The notes: generated by a model not told the origin, from the letters alone. DNA of 64,000 bases from Spirochaetia bacterium (GCA_965218205.1 OZ244590.1:1064640-1128639); one strand, 5' to 3'; shown: positions 21,664 through 32,952, counted from the stretch's first letter. Made by a program: numbers and translations.

Positions 21664-23442
21664 ATGGAAAAAAATAATCGTACAGACAGATCAAATATTG
21701 CTACTAAGAGAATGTCTTTAAGAAAGCTCTTTTTTTTATTGATTATTCTTTGTGTTGTTATAGTGACAGGTATGTTTCTTATGCTGTTATATTTTCGTAG
21801 TGACAGGCATTTCATTGGACAAATACAAAAGAAAGCAAGTACTCCAAAAGACTTATATGATAATCATGATGAGCTTCTTTTACGTGCAAATTCTGCACTG
21901 CAATATCTTATGCTATTAAAAAGGCTAGATGCCTACGATATGAATGCTGTGTTTCAAAAAACCTTAGAAACAGCATTGCAAGAGTATACTACGATAGAGC
22001 TACAAGCCTTAGCATTGAATCAACAGCTCTATACGAATGATTTTTCTCTTTTTTCTTCATTTACTTTTAATGTAGCTGAAATATATCAGCAGTATCCTGC
22101 GTTAGTGCGGTATTATCTGTATGTACGATATAAAAAAGCATATGTATCTACACTTGCTGATGAAGATGATCCGTTTTTCTTTCTTACTAATATTGCTATA
22201 GGAGACTCTTATGTCAACTTTTTAGAGAAAAATCATTTCATGCATTACGATGAGCTGTTACAATTTCTGTACTTTTCTCAAGAATATACACGAACTATAT
22301 ATGATTATTATTTGCTCTATAATCTTACCAAAAGAGATATGTTTCAATTTATTTTATATCTATATTACAGTGTAAAAAATGATAGCACTATGGCATCAGT
22401 TCTTTTAGCAAGCATTGATGATACATGGAAAATGGAACATAAGGCTCTGATAGAAAAAAGTACACAGCTACTTTCGTTTACTATGAATAGAAACATATCG
22501 TCTTTGACTGGCATATCGCATAATTCTTTTTATGCTATTGCATTGGATTTATATGCTAAAGACATGAATTCTGCATTACTGTACTTACAAAGATTGGTAG
22601 ATACATATGGTATATACGAGTTAGATGATACTGCTTTGGAACTTTATTTTTGGTTGAGTAGAAATTTTTCAAAGGAATATAATATAAAAAAACTTAATGA
22701 TTATTTTCTGCAAATAACACATAGGATATATAACTCTGTCCCTTTGACTTTGCAGTATATGTTATACTTATATACTGTAGATCCAGAGAAAGGGATGCAA
22801 GTATTAAACACATTTCATTTTAGCACAAATGTCTTAGAGTCTCCGTATATACAATACTTAAAAATTCTTTTGGAAGGATATGATATACCATATCAGAATG
22901 TATTTCTTCAACAAAAACTGGAAAGTTTTTTTTCTGTAGATGATCAATATTTATTTTATGATCTTTTGCTATTAAGAGCAGGGAAGATAGTACAGTACTA
23001 TGATTCAAATGCTGTTTCAGTATTCTTTTCTCAGTATATTGAGTTTGAAAATATATTGTTTCCATATAAAATGTATTATCTTTTGCAAAGAGCTTCTCTT
23101 AAGGATCTTGCACAGGATGAAAAAGAAAATATGATAATGCTATTTCACTTGGAAGATACATCATGGTGGAATGCATTTAATGTAGCAATATGGAATATTG
23201 AGAATAGGAATTTTTCAACAGCGTTACAATATTTACAAATTTCTCAAGATACTGTTCCTTATCTTACTAATCACTTGCAAATTCAGTATCTTATACAGTA
23301 TATTCGTATAGCTACTTTTCAAAAAAACTATGATTTAGCAGAGATATATATTGATTCTTTGCAAAAGTTACAGGCAACTAATAGTTATATACAGTTGTTA
23401 CAAAGTATGCTTGAACAATCTAAAAATACTCCAGATGAATGA
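21664..23442 (+). CDS. Membrane-anchored helical/TPR-like hypothetical protein
   Basis: 592-aa ORF with an N-terminal TM segment and TPR-like C-terminus; follows nusB. Confidence 0.6.
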   Translation: MEKNNRTDRSNIATKRMSLRKLFFLLIILCVVIVTGMFLMLLYFRSDRHFIGQIQKKASTPKDLYDNHDELLLRANSALQYLMLLKRLDAYDMNAVFQKTLETALQEYTTIELQALALNQQLYTNDFSLFSSFTFNVAEIYQQYPALVRYYLYVRYKKAYVSTLADEDDPFFFLTNIAIGDSYVNFLEKNHFMHYDELLQFLYFSQEYTRTIYDYYLLYNLTKRDMFQFILYLYYSVKNDSTMASVLLASIDDTWKMEHKALIEKSTQLLSFTMNRNISSLTGISHNSFYAIALDLYAKDMNSALLYLQRLVDTYGIYELDDTALELYFWLSRNFSKEYNIKKLNDYFLQITHRIYNSVPLTLQYMLYLYTVDPEKGMQVLNTFHFSTNVLESPYIQYLKILLEGYDIPYQNVFLQQKLESFFSVDDQYLFYDLLLLRAGKIVQYYDSNAVSVFFSQYIEFENILFPYKMYYLLQRASLKDLAQDEKENMIMLFHLEDTSWWNAFNVAIWNIENRNFSTALQYLQISQDTVPYLTNHLQIQYLIQYIRIATFQKNYDLAEIYIDSLQKLQATNSYIQLLQSMLEQSKNTPDE

Positions 23443-23491
23443 AATATTATAGTACACTCAAAATATATTTTTTTCAAATATCAGTAAAGAA

Positions 23492-23953
23492 TTAAGAAAC
23501 ATAACCTAATCTAATAGCCATTGCTATTTCGGATACTTGAAATAATCTTGCTAACTTTGATATATCAAAATTATATTTTCTTGCTTCTGTCATAAGAATT
23601 GGCATGGGCATAATTATATCAGCAGCCAGTTCATTTGCTTCCTTTTCTTGCTCATTAGATAATTTACTTCTGTATAATTCATCCTCGATTATTCCATCTC
23701 CTATTTGTTCTTTATGTAATATAAAATGTGCTATTTCATGTGCAACTGTAAATCTTTGTCTTGCTTTTTGAGCCTCTAAATTTACTACTATTCTGTATTT
23801 ACCGTTTTTTATGTATATTTTACCTGATATATTTTTACCAAACTCTCTACTACCGTATATGTCTAAACCCAAGTACACTGCTATTTTTGATAATTTTATT
23901 GGTGGCTTTTTATGGTTTTCTCTTAAATATGTTAAAAATTGTGTATATTCCAT
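23492..23953 (-). CDS. ImmA/IrrE family metallopeptidase
   Basis: RQRFTVAHEIAH zincin motif, EKEANELAADIIMP, LARLFQVSEIAMAIRL. Confidence 0.9.
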   Translation of the reverse strand: MEYTQFLTYLRENHKKPPIKLSKIAVYLGLDIYGSREFGKNISGKIYIKNGKYRIVVNLEAQKARQRFTVAHEIAHFILHKEQIGDGIIEDELYRSKLSNEQEKEANELAADIIMPMPILMTEARKYNFDISKLARLFQVSEIAMAIRLGYVS

Positions 23954-24385
23954 TTATTTATCTATATCTATTTTTTTCTCTTTTTTTATATTGTCATCTA
24001 AGTCAATAACCTTTTTTATATGAGAGATTTCATATTCTAACTTTCTTATCATTTCAATTTTACTAACATTTAATTCTCTATATATCTCTTCCGTTCTTAA
24101 TGTAGCTGTGTTTTCTGCTGCAGTTTTTGCTGTACTCTTAAGTTCTCTCCATCCAAAAAATCCTAATATACTAGCTACAACAGCAGAGAATGTAATAAAT
24201 ACACCAAATATCATTAAATGTAATGATATTTGGTCTATCTTTTCATAATAGCATATATCTTTTTTGTTTATTATGATGTTATTGAACATAAAGCTCCAAA
24301 TAATTAGGCAACTGATAACTATTGATACAATAATAAGCAAAATATTCATTATAGAATGTGTTTTTTCATCGTTAAAATTATCCAT
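23954..24385 (-). CDS. Hypothetical 2-TM membrane protein
   Basis: Two hydrophobic segments and a coiled-coil tail; its stop codon abuts the peptidase ATG. Confidence 0.7.
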   Translation of the reverse strand: MDNFNDEKTHSIMNILLIIVSIVISCLIIWSFMFNNIIINKKDICYYEKIDQISLHLMIFGVFITFSAVVASILGFFGWRELKSTAKTAAENTATLRTEEIYRELNVSKIEMIRKLEYEISHIKKVIDLDDNIKKEKKIDIDK

Positions 24386-24495
24386 GCCTGCCCCTTATTT
24401 TACTATCGAAAGATAATCATTTACAATACTATCATTATTATTACTTGATTGTCTTTTTAGTGTATTATTGTATGCAGTTTCCCATGTAAGTATTG

Positions 24496-24524
24496 TTGAC
24501 AAGTACATTATGTAATGCTACTCT
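24496..24524 (+). promoter_or_regulatory. Sigma70 promoter
   Basis: TTGACA (24496-24501), 17 bp spacer, TG-n-TACTCT (hexamer 24519-24524). Confidence 0.6.
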
Positions 24525-24538
24525 TAATATAAGAGTAT

Positions 24539-25189
24539 ATGTTACACTATTTGAAAAAAAGTATCGTCTTATTTACTATCATATATATGATAGGTATCTC
24601 TTTTTCTTTTGCACAAGAAGAAACTCCAGAAGAGCCTGAACAGGAACTGCCAGGCATTATTACTGGTGAGAGATATATTCCAAAATATGAGGCTGGGCAA
24701 GGAAGTATCAGTCTTGGCCTTAATGTCTTAGTACCATTGTTTTTTCAAAAATTTACTGGTGAATATATTACTGATACTCGTTTAACGGTAGGGGGATCAG
24801 CGTGGCTTGAGTGGGATATTTATTTGTGGCAGGCTTTGTCCGTAGGGATGGAAATTGATGGAGCATTTGCTTTATCGCCTAATAATAGATTTTTACTTAT
24901 TGCTCCTATCACCGCTCATGTAAAGTATGTGTTTCAAGCATATCCTATAGAGTTTCCTCTGTCATTGGGGATAGGGTTTAGTTTAGTTTCGTACGATAGT
25001 ATTTTTAAGTCAGGCTTTGTACTAAAACCAAAATTTGGTACAGGGTATCGAATCAATCAAAACTGGATAGTGTCTATTTTTGGTTCTTATTTATTTGATG
25101 TGCAAAGTTATCAGTTTACATTAGGAAATGAATATTCTCGTATGGGAAACTTTTTTGAAGCTGGTGTTGGGTTTACGTATGTTTTTTAG
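24539..25189 (+). CDS. Outer-membrane beta-barrel protein (TP0733/BB0027-like)
   Basis: Signal peptide, alternating amphipathic strands, C-terminal GVGFTYVF. Confidence 0.7.
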   Translation: MLHYLKKSIVLFTIIYMIGISFSFAQEETPEEPEQELPGIITGERYIPKYEAGQGSISLGLNVLVPLFFQKFTGEYITDTRLTVGGSAWLEWDIYLWQALSVGMEIDGAFALSPNNRFLLIAPITAHVKYVFQAYPIEFPLSLGIGFSLVSYDSIFKSGFVLKPKFGTGYRINQNWIVSIFGSYLFDVQSYQFTLGNEYSRMGNFFEAGVGFTYVF

Positions 25190-25190
25190 T

Positions 25191-26330
25191 ATGTTTCAAA
25201 AAAATAGAATTGTACTTTTTCTCTGTATCATCTGTATAAGTATGGTGGTATCTCTATTGTTTATGGCATGTTCAGACTCAAAAGCTATTTATGCAGAGAT
25301 AGAAAAAGAAGAGTTGATAAAAACTTCAAACCTTTCAAATGTTATCACTCCCTCTGGTATGATACGTTTTGGTGATAAGTATTATGTAGCAAGTGGCGGT
25401 GCTTTGCATGAACGGTTGGTAGATGGTGAAGATTGGAGTCGAGCAGATCTTACTTCTGTTTTTGATGGTATTTCACAAATTGTCTCTGTAGATGATTCTA
25501 CTGCATATGCTATACTTGTACGAGATTTTCATAAAGAGATATCGCAAACAGCATTGGTAAAACTTACTGCAGATGGCTCTAGTATTGATTTTGATGTAAT
25601 AAAGACTCTCTCTTTTGGAACAGAACAGCTTGCTAAGATATTTGTGGTGAGAGGAAAAGATAATGTATACGCAACGGTATTAAAGGCTCCCTATACTGGT
25701 GTATCACGCTATGATTATTATGAGAACTATCAGTCTGATACTCGTACTATATTAGCTACAGATCGAAATGATATTATGACTGCGGTAGTGAGTTTTAAGG
25801 GGACTGTATATGTTTCTACACAATCTCAAATTCTTACACTTGCTGCGGGAAAACTTACTGAGGTGGAGATCATTGATAAGGACAGTAAAGAAAAGATAAC
25901 AGGATATATTGGTAGTATTTACAGTAATGGAAAATTGTTATATATAGCAAATCATGAGTATCTCTGGAGTTCTTCGGATGTCATTAATTGGGATCGTTCT
26001 TTTTATCGACAAAGAATGTTTACTCAGTTTTTAGAAATTGAATCATCAAACTTTAATGGGCTTCTTGTTGGTACAAAATATCTGCCAAGTGGCATTTCGG
26101 TTATTGATAGTGCAAGAGATGAAGGATATTATGAACTTGACAAAGGGGACATTTCCTCGTTACGTAAGCCGAGTGGTAATAAATATACCTCAGGAGTGCT
26201 TGATGAATCGGGAGTGATAGGGTTTTTTCTTGACAAGAAAACAGATAATTTTTTTGTGTTTACTTCTTCTCAAGGGTTGTGGCGAGGGAGCTATGAGAGT
26301 TCTGCAAGCATAGATTGGTTTCAAGAGTGA
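25191..26330 (+). CDS. Lipoprotein, beta-rich (BB0028-like)
   Basis: Lipobox LLFMAC; start moved to ATG 25191, right after the upstream stop codon. Confidence 0.6.
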   Translation: MFQKNRIVLFLCIICISMVVSLLFMACSDSKAIYAEIEKEELIKTSNLSNVITPSGMIRFGDKYYVASGGALHERLVDGEDWSRADLTSVFDGISQIVSVDDSTAYAILVRDFHKEISQTALVKLTADGSSIDFDVIKTLSFGTEQLAKIFVVRGKDNVYATVLKAPYTGVSRYDYYENYQSDTRTILATDRNDIMTAVVSFKGTVYVSTQSQILTLAAGKLTEVEIIDKDSKEKITGYIGSIYSNGKLLYIANHEYLWSSSDVINWDRSFYRQRMFTQFLEIESSNFNGLLVGTKYLPSGISVIDSARDEGYYELDKGDISSLRKPSGNKYTSGVLDESGVIGFFLDKKTDNFFVFTSSQGLWRGSYESSASIDWFQE

Positions 26331-26336
26331 TTTTAT

Positions 26337-27761
26337 TTATGTGGGATTAATAATAGGGTATTGTTCTATAATATTGTTTTCAAGAATAGGAGGCAGAAAC
26401 AAAATATGTTCTATGTTGCTTCCATTTCTTAGTATTTTTAAGTGTATCTCATGCCCTTGTAGCAGAGCATTGTTTATGATACGAAAGTAATTATAATAGC
26501 TTTGTATGTTCTGATTGTTTATGTCTAAGATAATGTCTTGATATTCTAAGCCTGCTTCTTCTGCTGCAGTAAATTCATATACATCGTCTACAAATAGTGC
26601 AAACTCAGTACTCTCTAGTCCGTATGTTTGTTTTTCATGCTGGGGAACTATGGTGGTGATATATCCAGGCCATAACGAGGCTTGTATATCCTTGAATGTT
26701 TTCTGTTGTGGACGCAGTGCTGTGGTAGTGGTTACTTGCATAGTTTTGTTGTCTCTCATGAGAGTAATGTGTACAGGAGCATTGATATGTTTGTTTGCAA
26801 TAATAGAGAAAATGGAGCTGTAATTATCACTCAATACAGTGTTTAGTGGCTGATTATCAATAGCAATGATAACATCACCAATTTGTAGCGTATTGAGTAT
26901 GTGTGTGTTATGTGAAAATATATTACTGATAATGACAGCGTTTCTGTTGTTAATGGTAAGCGTATGAAGCATGGAAATATCTGCAAGCTGTACGGTAATA
27001 CCAAGCCAAGAATGTTTGATAGTTTTTTTTGCAATGAGTTGTGAGATAATACGAGAGATACTAAATACATCAATAGCAAAGTTTAATCCTAGTTCTTGTT
27101 CATCAAAAATAGAAAACACCCAAGTGCTAATACCAATAACTTCTCCGTTTTTGTTTACTATAGGGCCTCCGCTATTACCAGGGTTAAGTGTCGCATCAGT
27201 TTGAATAAAGAGCCCTTGAATAGTGTCACTACTTCTATCAAGTCCAGAGATAATGCCTTCGGTTACAGTAAAAGGAAAGCCATAGGGATGTCCGATTGCA
27301 TATACTGTTTCGCCTATTGTTATGTTTCTGTTTTTTTGTAATGAAGCAATGGGGTATTCTTGATCGCTTTCAAAGGATATAATGGCAAGATCATTGTCTT
27401 TGTCTGCACTGTAAAATGTTCCTTTTATAAATGTTCCGTCATAGAAGCTAATCCATAATTCATCTGCACCTTTCACTACGTGATAATTACTGAGGATATA
27501 ATAGGTATTTTGTTCTTTTTTGATAATAATGCCAGCACCATAAAGAGTTGATATGTTATTTGGTTTTGTAAATTTTTTGCTACTGAACGAAAAAAAAGAA
27601 TCATAATTGTCTGTACTTTTATAGGGATTTTCAAGTTCTATCTGATTTTGTTCAATGGCTACCACAGAAGATAAAAGAGCAGTATCAAACTGTGCATGTA
27701 TGACAGCAATAGAAAAAAAAGAATATACTAAAGATAAGAAAAATATATATGTTTTAATCAT
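26337..27761 (-). CDS. htrA: HtrA/DegP-like serine protease with PDZ domains
   Basis: SNYHVV, DLAII, IQTDATLNPGNSGGP catalytic triad; two PDZ-like regions. Confidence 0.9.
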   Translation of the reverse strand: MIKTYIFFLSLVYSFFSIAVIHAQFDTALLSSVVAIEQNQIELENPYKSTDNYDSFFSFSSKKFTKPNNISTLYGAGIIIKKEQNTYYILSNYHVVKGADELWISFYDGTFIKGTFYSADKDNDLAIISFESDQEYPIASLQKNRNITIGETVYAIGHPYGFPFTVTEGIISGLDRSSDTIQGLFIQTDATLNPGNSGGPIVNKNGEVIGISTWVFSIFDEQELGLNFAIDVFSISRIISQLIAKKTIKHSWLGITVQLADISMLHTLTINNRNAVIISNIFSHNTHILNTLQIGDVIIAIDNQPLNTVLSDNYSSIFSIIANKHINAPVHITLMRDNKTMQVTTTTALRPQQKTFKDIQASLWPGYITTIVPQHEKQTYGLESTEFALFVDDVYEFTAAEEAGLEYQDIILDINNQNIQSYYNYFRIINNALLQGHEIHLKILRNGSNIEHILFLPPILENNIIEQYPIINPT

Positions 27762-27769
27762 AGTGTTTA

Positions 27770-28522
27770 TTACGTGAGAATTTCTGCATTATGTGAATCA
27801 ATTAAAACGGTATGTTCAAAGTGTGCTGCAAGAGTATTATCTTTGCTTACTACCGTAAATGCATCGTCAGCGAGCTTTATTTCTCCACTTCCTAGTGTAA
27901 ACATTGGTTCTATTGCAATGACCATGTTCTTTTTTAATTTCTTATGGTATGCAGAATGAACATAATTAGGAATTTCTGGAGATTCATGGAGATTAACGCC
28001 AACTCCATGCCCGCAATATTCTTTTACAATGCCTAAAGATGCTTTATTTGCATAGCTTTCTATAGTTTTAGATATATCAAGCACAGAAGAGTTACGAGAA
28101 ATTGCTTGAATTCCTTTTTGTAATGATTCTTTTGTTGTGTGTAGAAATTGTTGTATTTTTTTATCCTGCCCAAAATAAAAAGAAAATGCACTGTCTGCAT
28201 AGTATCCTTGATACTTTACTCCAATGTCAATACTGATAATATCATTTTTATGTATGAATTTATCCTTTTTAGGTATCCCATGAATAATTTCTTCGTTTAT
28301 TGATATACAGGCTACCGCAGGAAACCCTTGATGTCCTAAAAAAGCAGGCTCACCGCCTTCTTTGGTTATGGTTTCATGGATAAACTTATCAATATCATGG
28401 GTACTTGTAGAGCCATCTAAATGCTGTAGTAAAAACTCATTGAGTACTGAGAAACAATGTTTTATGATATTACCTGCTACACGAATATTTTGAATTTGCT
28501 CTTGAGTTTTTATTATAATCAT
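27770..28522 (-). CDS. map: Methionine aminopeptidase type I
   Basis: HGIP, DIG, DSA, GHGVG..LHE, AIEPM, AHFEHT. Confidence 0.97.
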   Translation of the reverse strand: MIIIKTQEQIQNIRVAGNIIKHCFSVLNEFLLQHLDGSTSTHDIDKFIHETITKEGGEPAFLGHQGFPAVACISINEEIIHGIPKKDKFIHKNDIISIDIGVKYQGYYADSAFSFYFGQDKKIQQFLHTTKESLQKGIQAISRNSSVLDISKTIESYANKASLGIVKEYCGHGVGVNLHESPEIPNYVHSAYHKKLKKNMVIAIEPMFTLGSGEIKLADDAFTVVSKDNTLAAHFEHTVLIDSHNAEILT

Positions 28523-28682
28523 TGATATTTGTATTATATCATACTCCTATATTTTTCTGGTGAGCATGTAGTGTTTTGTAATACTTAGTGTAACGCTATA
28601 GGACACATGATATAACAGCTTGTATATGCTTTTTGCTAGAATGTACAGTTATGTATATAATAAAAATGAGGAAGAGAAGAAT

Positions 28683-31538
28683 ATGGCAATGCAATTTGAA
28701 AAACAACTGTATCAAGACCAATGTGTTGATAATATTATTACAGTATTAAAAGAGTGCGATGTATATCAAAATAATTTTGATAATATGTCTACAGCAATAG
28801 ATACCCTGTGGCAAGAGCAACAATATACTCGTTTCAAAAAAAGTACGAGAAACCGTTTAGATGTATTGATGGAAACAGGTACAGGCAAGACATTTACGTA
28901 CTTAAAAGCTATTTTTGAAATACATAAATATTTTAATAAAAATAAGTTTGTTATTATTGTTCCTCGAAGAGCTATTAAACTTGGTGTTATTCAAAATATT
29001 GAACTTACAAAATATTATTTCTTTCAAGAATATGGAAAGTACTTATCGTACATTAACTATCCAGAAGAAGGGCTGGGAAAGATTGAACATGATTTTTTGA
29101 AAACGGATGATCTCACTATTTTGATTACTACTCATAGTGCCTTTAACTCTGATAAAAATAAAATTAATCAAAGCACTGAAAGACTGTTTGAACATGGTTC
29201 TGTATGGCAAGGCATTAGAGAAAAACAACCGATTATCATTATTGATGAGCCACATCTTCTTAAGGGGAGTAAAACACAAAAAGGCTTGGAAACATTAAAC
29301 GATTCTCTGCAGATTCGTTTTGGTGCTACATTTCCTAAAGATACGAAAGACAAAGAACAAGACTTAAGCAATGTGGTATATGCTTTGGATAGCATATCGG
29401 CTTTCAATCAATACTTAGTAAAGAGAATTGCAGTAGATACAATTATTTCTGATAGTGAGCAAAGTGAACTAAAGGTTACTGATACCAATAAAAAATCTTT
29501 TACTGTAATGTATGCTGAAAACTCAATTATACGTAAGGAAACTATTGATATTGGGGATGATATTGGAGCAAAAACAGGGATAAAAAAATATAATACTATT
29601 TCTGCAACAAAGATTAACAAAGGGAAAGTGTTTCTAAGTGATACGTCCACTTTGGATATGAGTACAAGCTACGATGTAACTGATATAGAAATTCGACACA
29701 TGGTGAAAAAGACTATTGAAAATCATTTTGAAAAAGAAGAGAAATTTTTTGAGAAAGGAATAAAAACGCTCTCGCTCTTTTTTATTCCCAAGATTGAAGA
29801 TTTTAGAGGCAATGAAAATAAAAGTCCAAGAATAAAAGAGATATTTGAGCAAGAGTACAGAAAGCAGAGGGAAGTTATTTTTCGAGATACAAAAAACGAA
29901 ATGTATAAACAATATCTATCGAAAGATATTTCGGAAGATGGCGTACTACAGGTACACGAAGGCTATTTTTCGGGAGATAAAGGAACGAGGGATGAAAAGG
30001 AAGCTGATGGGGTAAATATGATATTAAATGAAAAAGAAAAGTTGCTTTCATTTGATACTCCATTACGTTTTATTTTTTCCGTATGGGCTTTGCAAGAAGG
30101 GTGGGATAATCCCAATATTTTTACTATTTGTAAACTATCTTCCACCAGCAAAGACACCAGTAGGAGACAGCAAGTAGGGAGAGGCTTACGCATTGCAGTC
30201 AATCAAAAAGGGCATCGCTTTACACATTTGTTTCTAAATGAAGACAAAGATGCATTTCATGAAATAAATACGCTGGATATAGTGGTGTCAGGAAAAGAAA
30301 AAGATTTTATAGAAGGAATTCAAAACGAGATTCAAGAAGCAAGTTTTTCTTTGGTAGGTGATACCATTACTTTAGAAAAATTAGAACAGCTAGGCTTTAA
30401 TGATAGGGAACAAAAATTTTTGCTTACAGCTTTGATAAGTAATGGTATTATTGATCCTCAATGGAAAATACAATCATCGTTGTATGAGTTTTTGAAACAT
30501 AACAGAGATAAACTTTCAATTCCAGGCTTAACTGATGAACGCTATCAAGAAATGCTAGATAAGTTTACAGAAAACACCTATCCTGTCACCGATAAAAATA
30601 AATCTCCTAAAGCAGTAACCATTAAGCCAAAACAATGGGAGAGCTTCAAAATGCTATGGGAAACAATCAATAAAAAAGCAACCATCGTGTACAAAGACAT
30701 TGAAGAGGAAAGCATTATAAAGCAAGTAGCAGAGTTGTTTAATCAAGAGCCTATAGAGCCTGTGTCAATAAAAATACATAAAGCAATATACAACACTCAA
30801 AAAGATAAAATTGAACCTACACAAGAAGAAAGGCTTGAAGAGGTGAGTTTTTTTAAAGTACAGACATATAGCGATTTTATATCCTATTTTATGAAAGATG
30901 AAAAACTACCATTGCATTTTTTACTAAAGCTGTTCAATAAAATTGATATACAGAAAATAAAGCGTAATCCTCAAAAAGCAAAAGAACATCTTTTACATAT
31001 CTTAAAAGACACTATTCATACAAGTATTATCAATCAGGTATCGTATAATTTTAATGAAACAACTATTTATCCTAATAAACTGCAAGATAAAAAAGGAAAT
31101 GCAATACAAAATATTAACTCCACATTACTTGGAAAATATCATACTTTAGAAGCAGAGCCAGAACATTTATTATATGATACGATTTGCTATGATTCGGATA
31201 TAGAAAAAGAGCTTCAAAAAGAACCTTCCAATGTAAATAAGCGAACAATAACAGTGTTTGCAAAACTGTCTCATATTTCTATTCCAACTCCGTATAAAAA
31301 CTATAACCCTGATTTTGCCTATTTGATAGAAACGAAAGATCGCAAAAAATTATTTTTGGTAGTGGAAACAAAAGGATATAAAAGAGAGGGCGATATTCCT
31401 ACAGAAGAAAAGAAAAAAATAGCATATGCTAAGAAATTTTTTGAGACCTTACAGCAACAATTACCTGATATTGACATACAATACAAAACTCGTATCAGCA
31501 CACAAAGCCTCAGCGATATTATAGAAAATAAACAATGA
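28683..31538 (+). CDS. res: Type III R-M restriction subunit Res
   Basis: METGTGKT, IIDEPH, ALQEGWDNPN, QQVGRGLR, and YNPDF...VVETKG PD-(D/E)xK; start moved to ATG 28683 behind a purine-rich RBS. Confidence 0.93.
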   Translation: MAMQFEKQLYQDQCVDNIITVLKECDVYQNNFDNMSTAIDTLWQEQQYTRFKKSTRNRLDVLMETGTGKTFTYLKAIFEIHKYFNKNKFVIIVPRRAIKLGVIQNIELTKYYFFQEYGKYLSYINYPEEGLGKIEHDFLKTDDLTILITTHSAFNSDKNKINQSTERLFEHGSVWQGIREKQPIIIIDEPHLLKGSKTQKGLETLNDSLQIRFGATFPKDTKDKEQDLSNVVYALDSISAFNQYLVKRIAVDTIISDSEQSELKVTDTNKKSFTVMYAENSIIRKETIDIGDDIGAKTGIKKYNTISATKINKGKVFLSDTSTLDMSTSYDVTDIEIRHMVKKTIENHFEKEEKFFEKGIKTLSLFFIPKIEDFRGNENKSPRIKEIFEQEYRKQREVIFRDTKNEMYKQYLSKDISEDGVLQVHEGYFSGDKGTRDEKEADGVNMILNEKEKLLSFDTPLRFIFSVWALQEGWDNPNIFTICKLSSTSKDTSRRQQVGRGLRIAVNQKGHRFTHLFLNEDKDAFHEINTLDIVVSGKEKDFIEGIQNEIQEASFSLVGDTITLEKLEQLGFNDREQKFLLTALISNGIIDPQWKIQSSLYEFLKHNRDKLSIPGLTDERYQEMLDKFTENTYPVTDKNKSPKAVTIKPKQWESFKMLWETINKKATIVYKDIEEESIIKQVAELFNQEPIEPVSIKIHKAIYNTQKDKIEPTQEERLEEVSFFKVQTYSDFISYFMKDEKLPLHFLLKLFNKIDIQKIKRNPQKAKEHLLHILKDTIHTSIINQVSYNFNETTIYPNKLQDKKGNAIQNINSTLLGKYHTLEAEPEHLLYDTICYDSDIEKELQKEPSNVNKRTITVFAKLSHISIPTPYKNYNPDFAYLIETKDRKKLFLVVETKGYKREGDIPTEEKKKIAYAKKFFETLQQQLPDIDIQYKTRISTQSLSDIIENKQ

Positions 31539-32608
31539 GAGAGACCATTCCTTTTATACCGCAGCTTTTACCTCCTGACAATGTAGAGACTATTACAGCC
31601 CTAAAGCAAGCGACTAAGGCTCACCAAGCCTTAGCAGAACTGAAGGGAACGGCACATATTATTCCCAATGAAACTATTTTAATTGAAACGCTGATACTAA
31701 GAGAAGCAAAAGAGAGCAGTGCTATTGAAAATATCATTACAACACAGGATGATCTCTACAAAGCAAAGTTATTTGATGAGTATAAAAATTTCTCTACAAA
31801 AAAAGTAGAAAACTATGTGCAAGGGATATTATTTGGATTTAATGTTGTACGGAAAAAAGCAGTACTTACTAATGCTACTATTATGGATATTCAAGAAATA
31901 TTATTACAGAATACCGCAGGATTTAGAGCACAAGTAGGCACAACCCTTAAAGATAATAATGGAAACATAGTATATACCCCACCACAAGACAGAGATAGTA
32001 TTTTACATTTAATGAATAATTTAGCAACATTTATCAATAACAATGATTTTTCTAATATAGATCCTTTGATAAAAATGGCAATAATACATTATCAATTTGA
32101 AAGCATACATCCTTTTTATGATGGAAATGGGAGAGTAGGAAGAATTATCAATATTTTATATCTTGTGTTGCAAAGGTTGTTAGATGCTCCTATTTTGTAT
32201 TTAAGTAATTACATCATTGAGCATAAAGTGCAGTATTACACGGTGTTACAAGGCGTAAGAGAGAAAAACGATTGGGAAAGCATGATTTTATACTTACTCA
32301 CAGGCATTGAAGTGACTGCTATTGAAGCTATTGGAGTGATTAAAGAGATAGATGTATTAATGAAAAAATATAAGCAAGAAATACGGAAAAAATTACCTAA
32401 AATGTATTCCCAAGATATGATAAATAGCTTATTCAAGCACCCGTATACAAAAATAGATTTTTTTGCAGATGATTTGAATATTAGCTATCAGACGGCTCGT
32501 AAATACTTAAATAAAATTGCTACAATAGGTTTATTAGAAAAATACAAAATGGGAAAAAGCAATTATTATTTCAACTCAGAATTGATTGAGATTTTGCGAT
32601 GGAAATGA
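31535..32608 (+). CDS. Fic family protein (class II, with autoinhibitory motif)
   Basis: HPFYDGNGRVGR Fic motif; N-terminal SSAIEN motif; ATGA overlap with res. Confidence 0.93.
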   Translation: MRETIPFIPQLLPPDNVETITALKQATKAHQALAELKGTAHIIPNETILIETLILREAKESSAIENIITTQDDLYKAKLFDEYKNFSTKKVENYVQGILFGFNVVRKKAVLTNATIMDIQEILLQNTAGFRAQVGTTLKDNNGNIVYTPPQDRDSILHLMNNLATFINNNDFSNIDPLIKMAIIHYQFESIHPFYDGNGRVGRIINILYLVLQRLLDAPILYLSNYIIEHKVQYYTVLQGVREKNDWESMILYLLTGIEVTAIEAIGVIKEIDVLMKKYKQEIRKKLPKMYSQDMINSLFKHPYTKIDFFADDLNISYQTARKYLNKIATIGLLEKYKMGKSNYYFNSELIEILRWK

Positions 32609-32618
32609 TACTATTATT

Positions 32619-32812
32619 ATACAAAAACGGCATTTTGTATAAACGAAAGTGATAACATGATACAAAAACGGCATTTTGTATAAACGAAGGTGATAACATT
32701 ATACAAAAATAGCATTTTGTATAAACGAAAGGAATAACATGATACAAAAACGGCATTTTGTATAAACGAAAGGAATAACATGATACAAAAACGGCATTTT
32801 GTATAAACGAAA
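32619..32812. repeat. Five tandem copies of a 41-bp palindrome-containing unit
   Basis: Units start at 32619, 32660, 32701, 32742 and 32783; core ATACAAAA-ACGGCA-TTTTGTAT (unit 3 has an ATAGCA loop). Confidence 0.95.
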
Positions 32813-32952
32813 ACATAGCAATATGTAAATAAAAATAGAGAGGATAAGCAAGTTATAGCGTATCCTGTGAAAGAACTGTCTTATAGTATTGTAAAGACAT
32901 TTATTAAGCGGGAGGATCATATAAACACTTTTGCTGATATTAGAAGGAAAGC

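Noticed and set aside
32619..32812. 41-bp tandem repeat as a second CRISPR array
   Set aside because: The intervening 19-nt segments are near-identical, not unique spacers.
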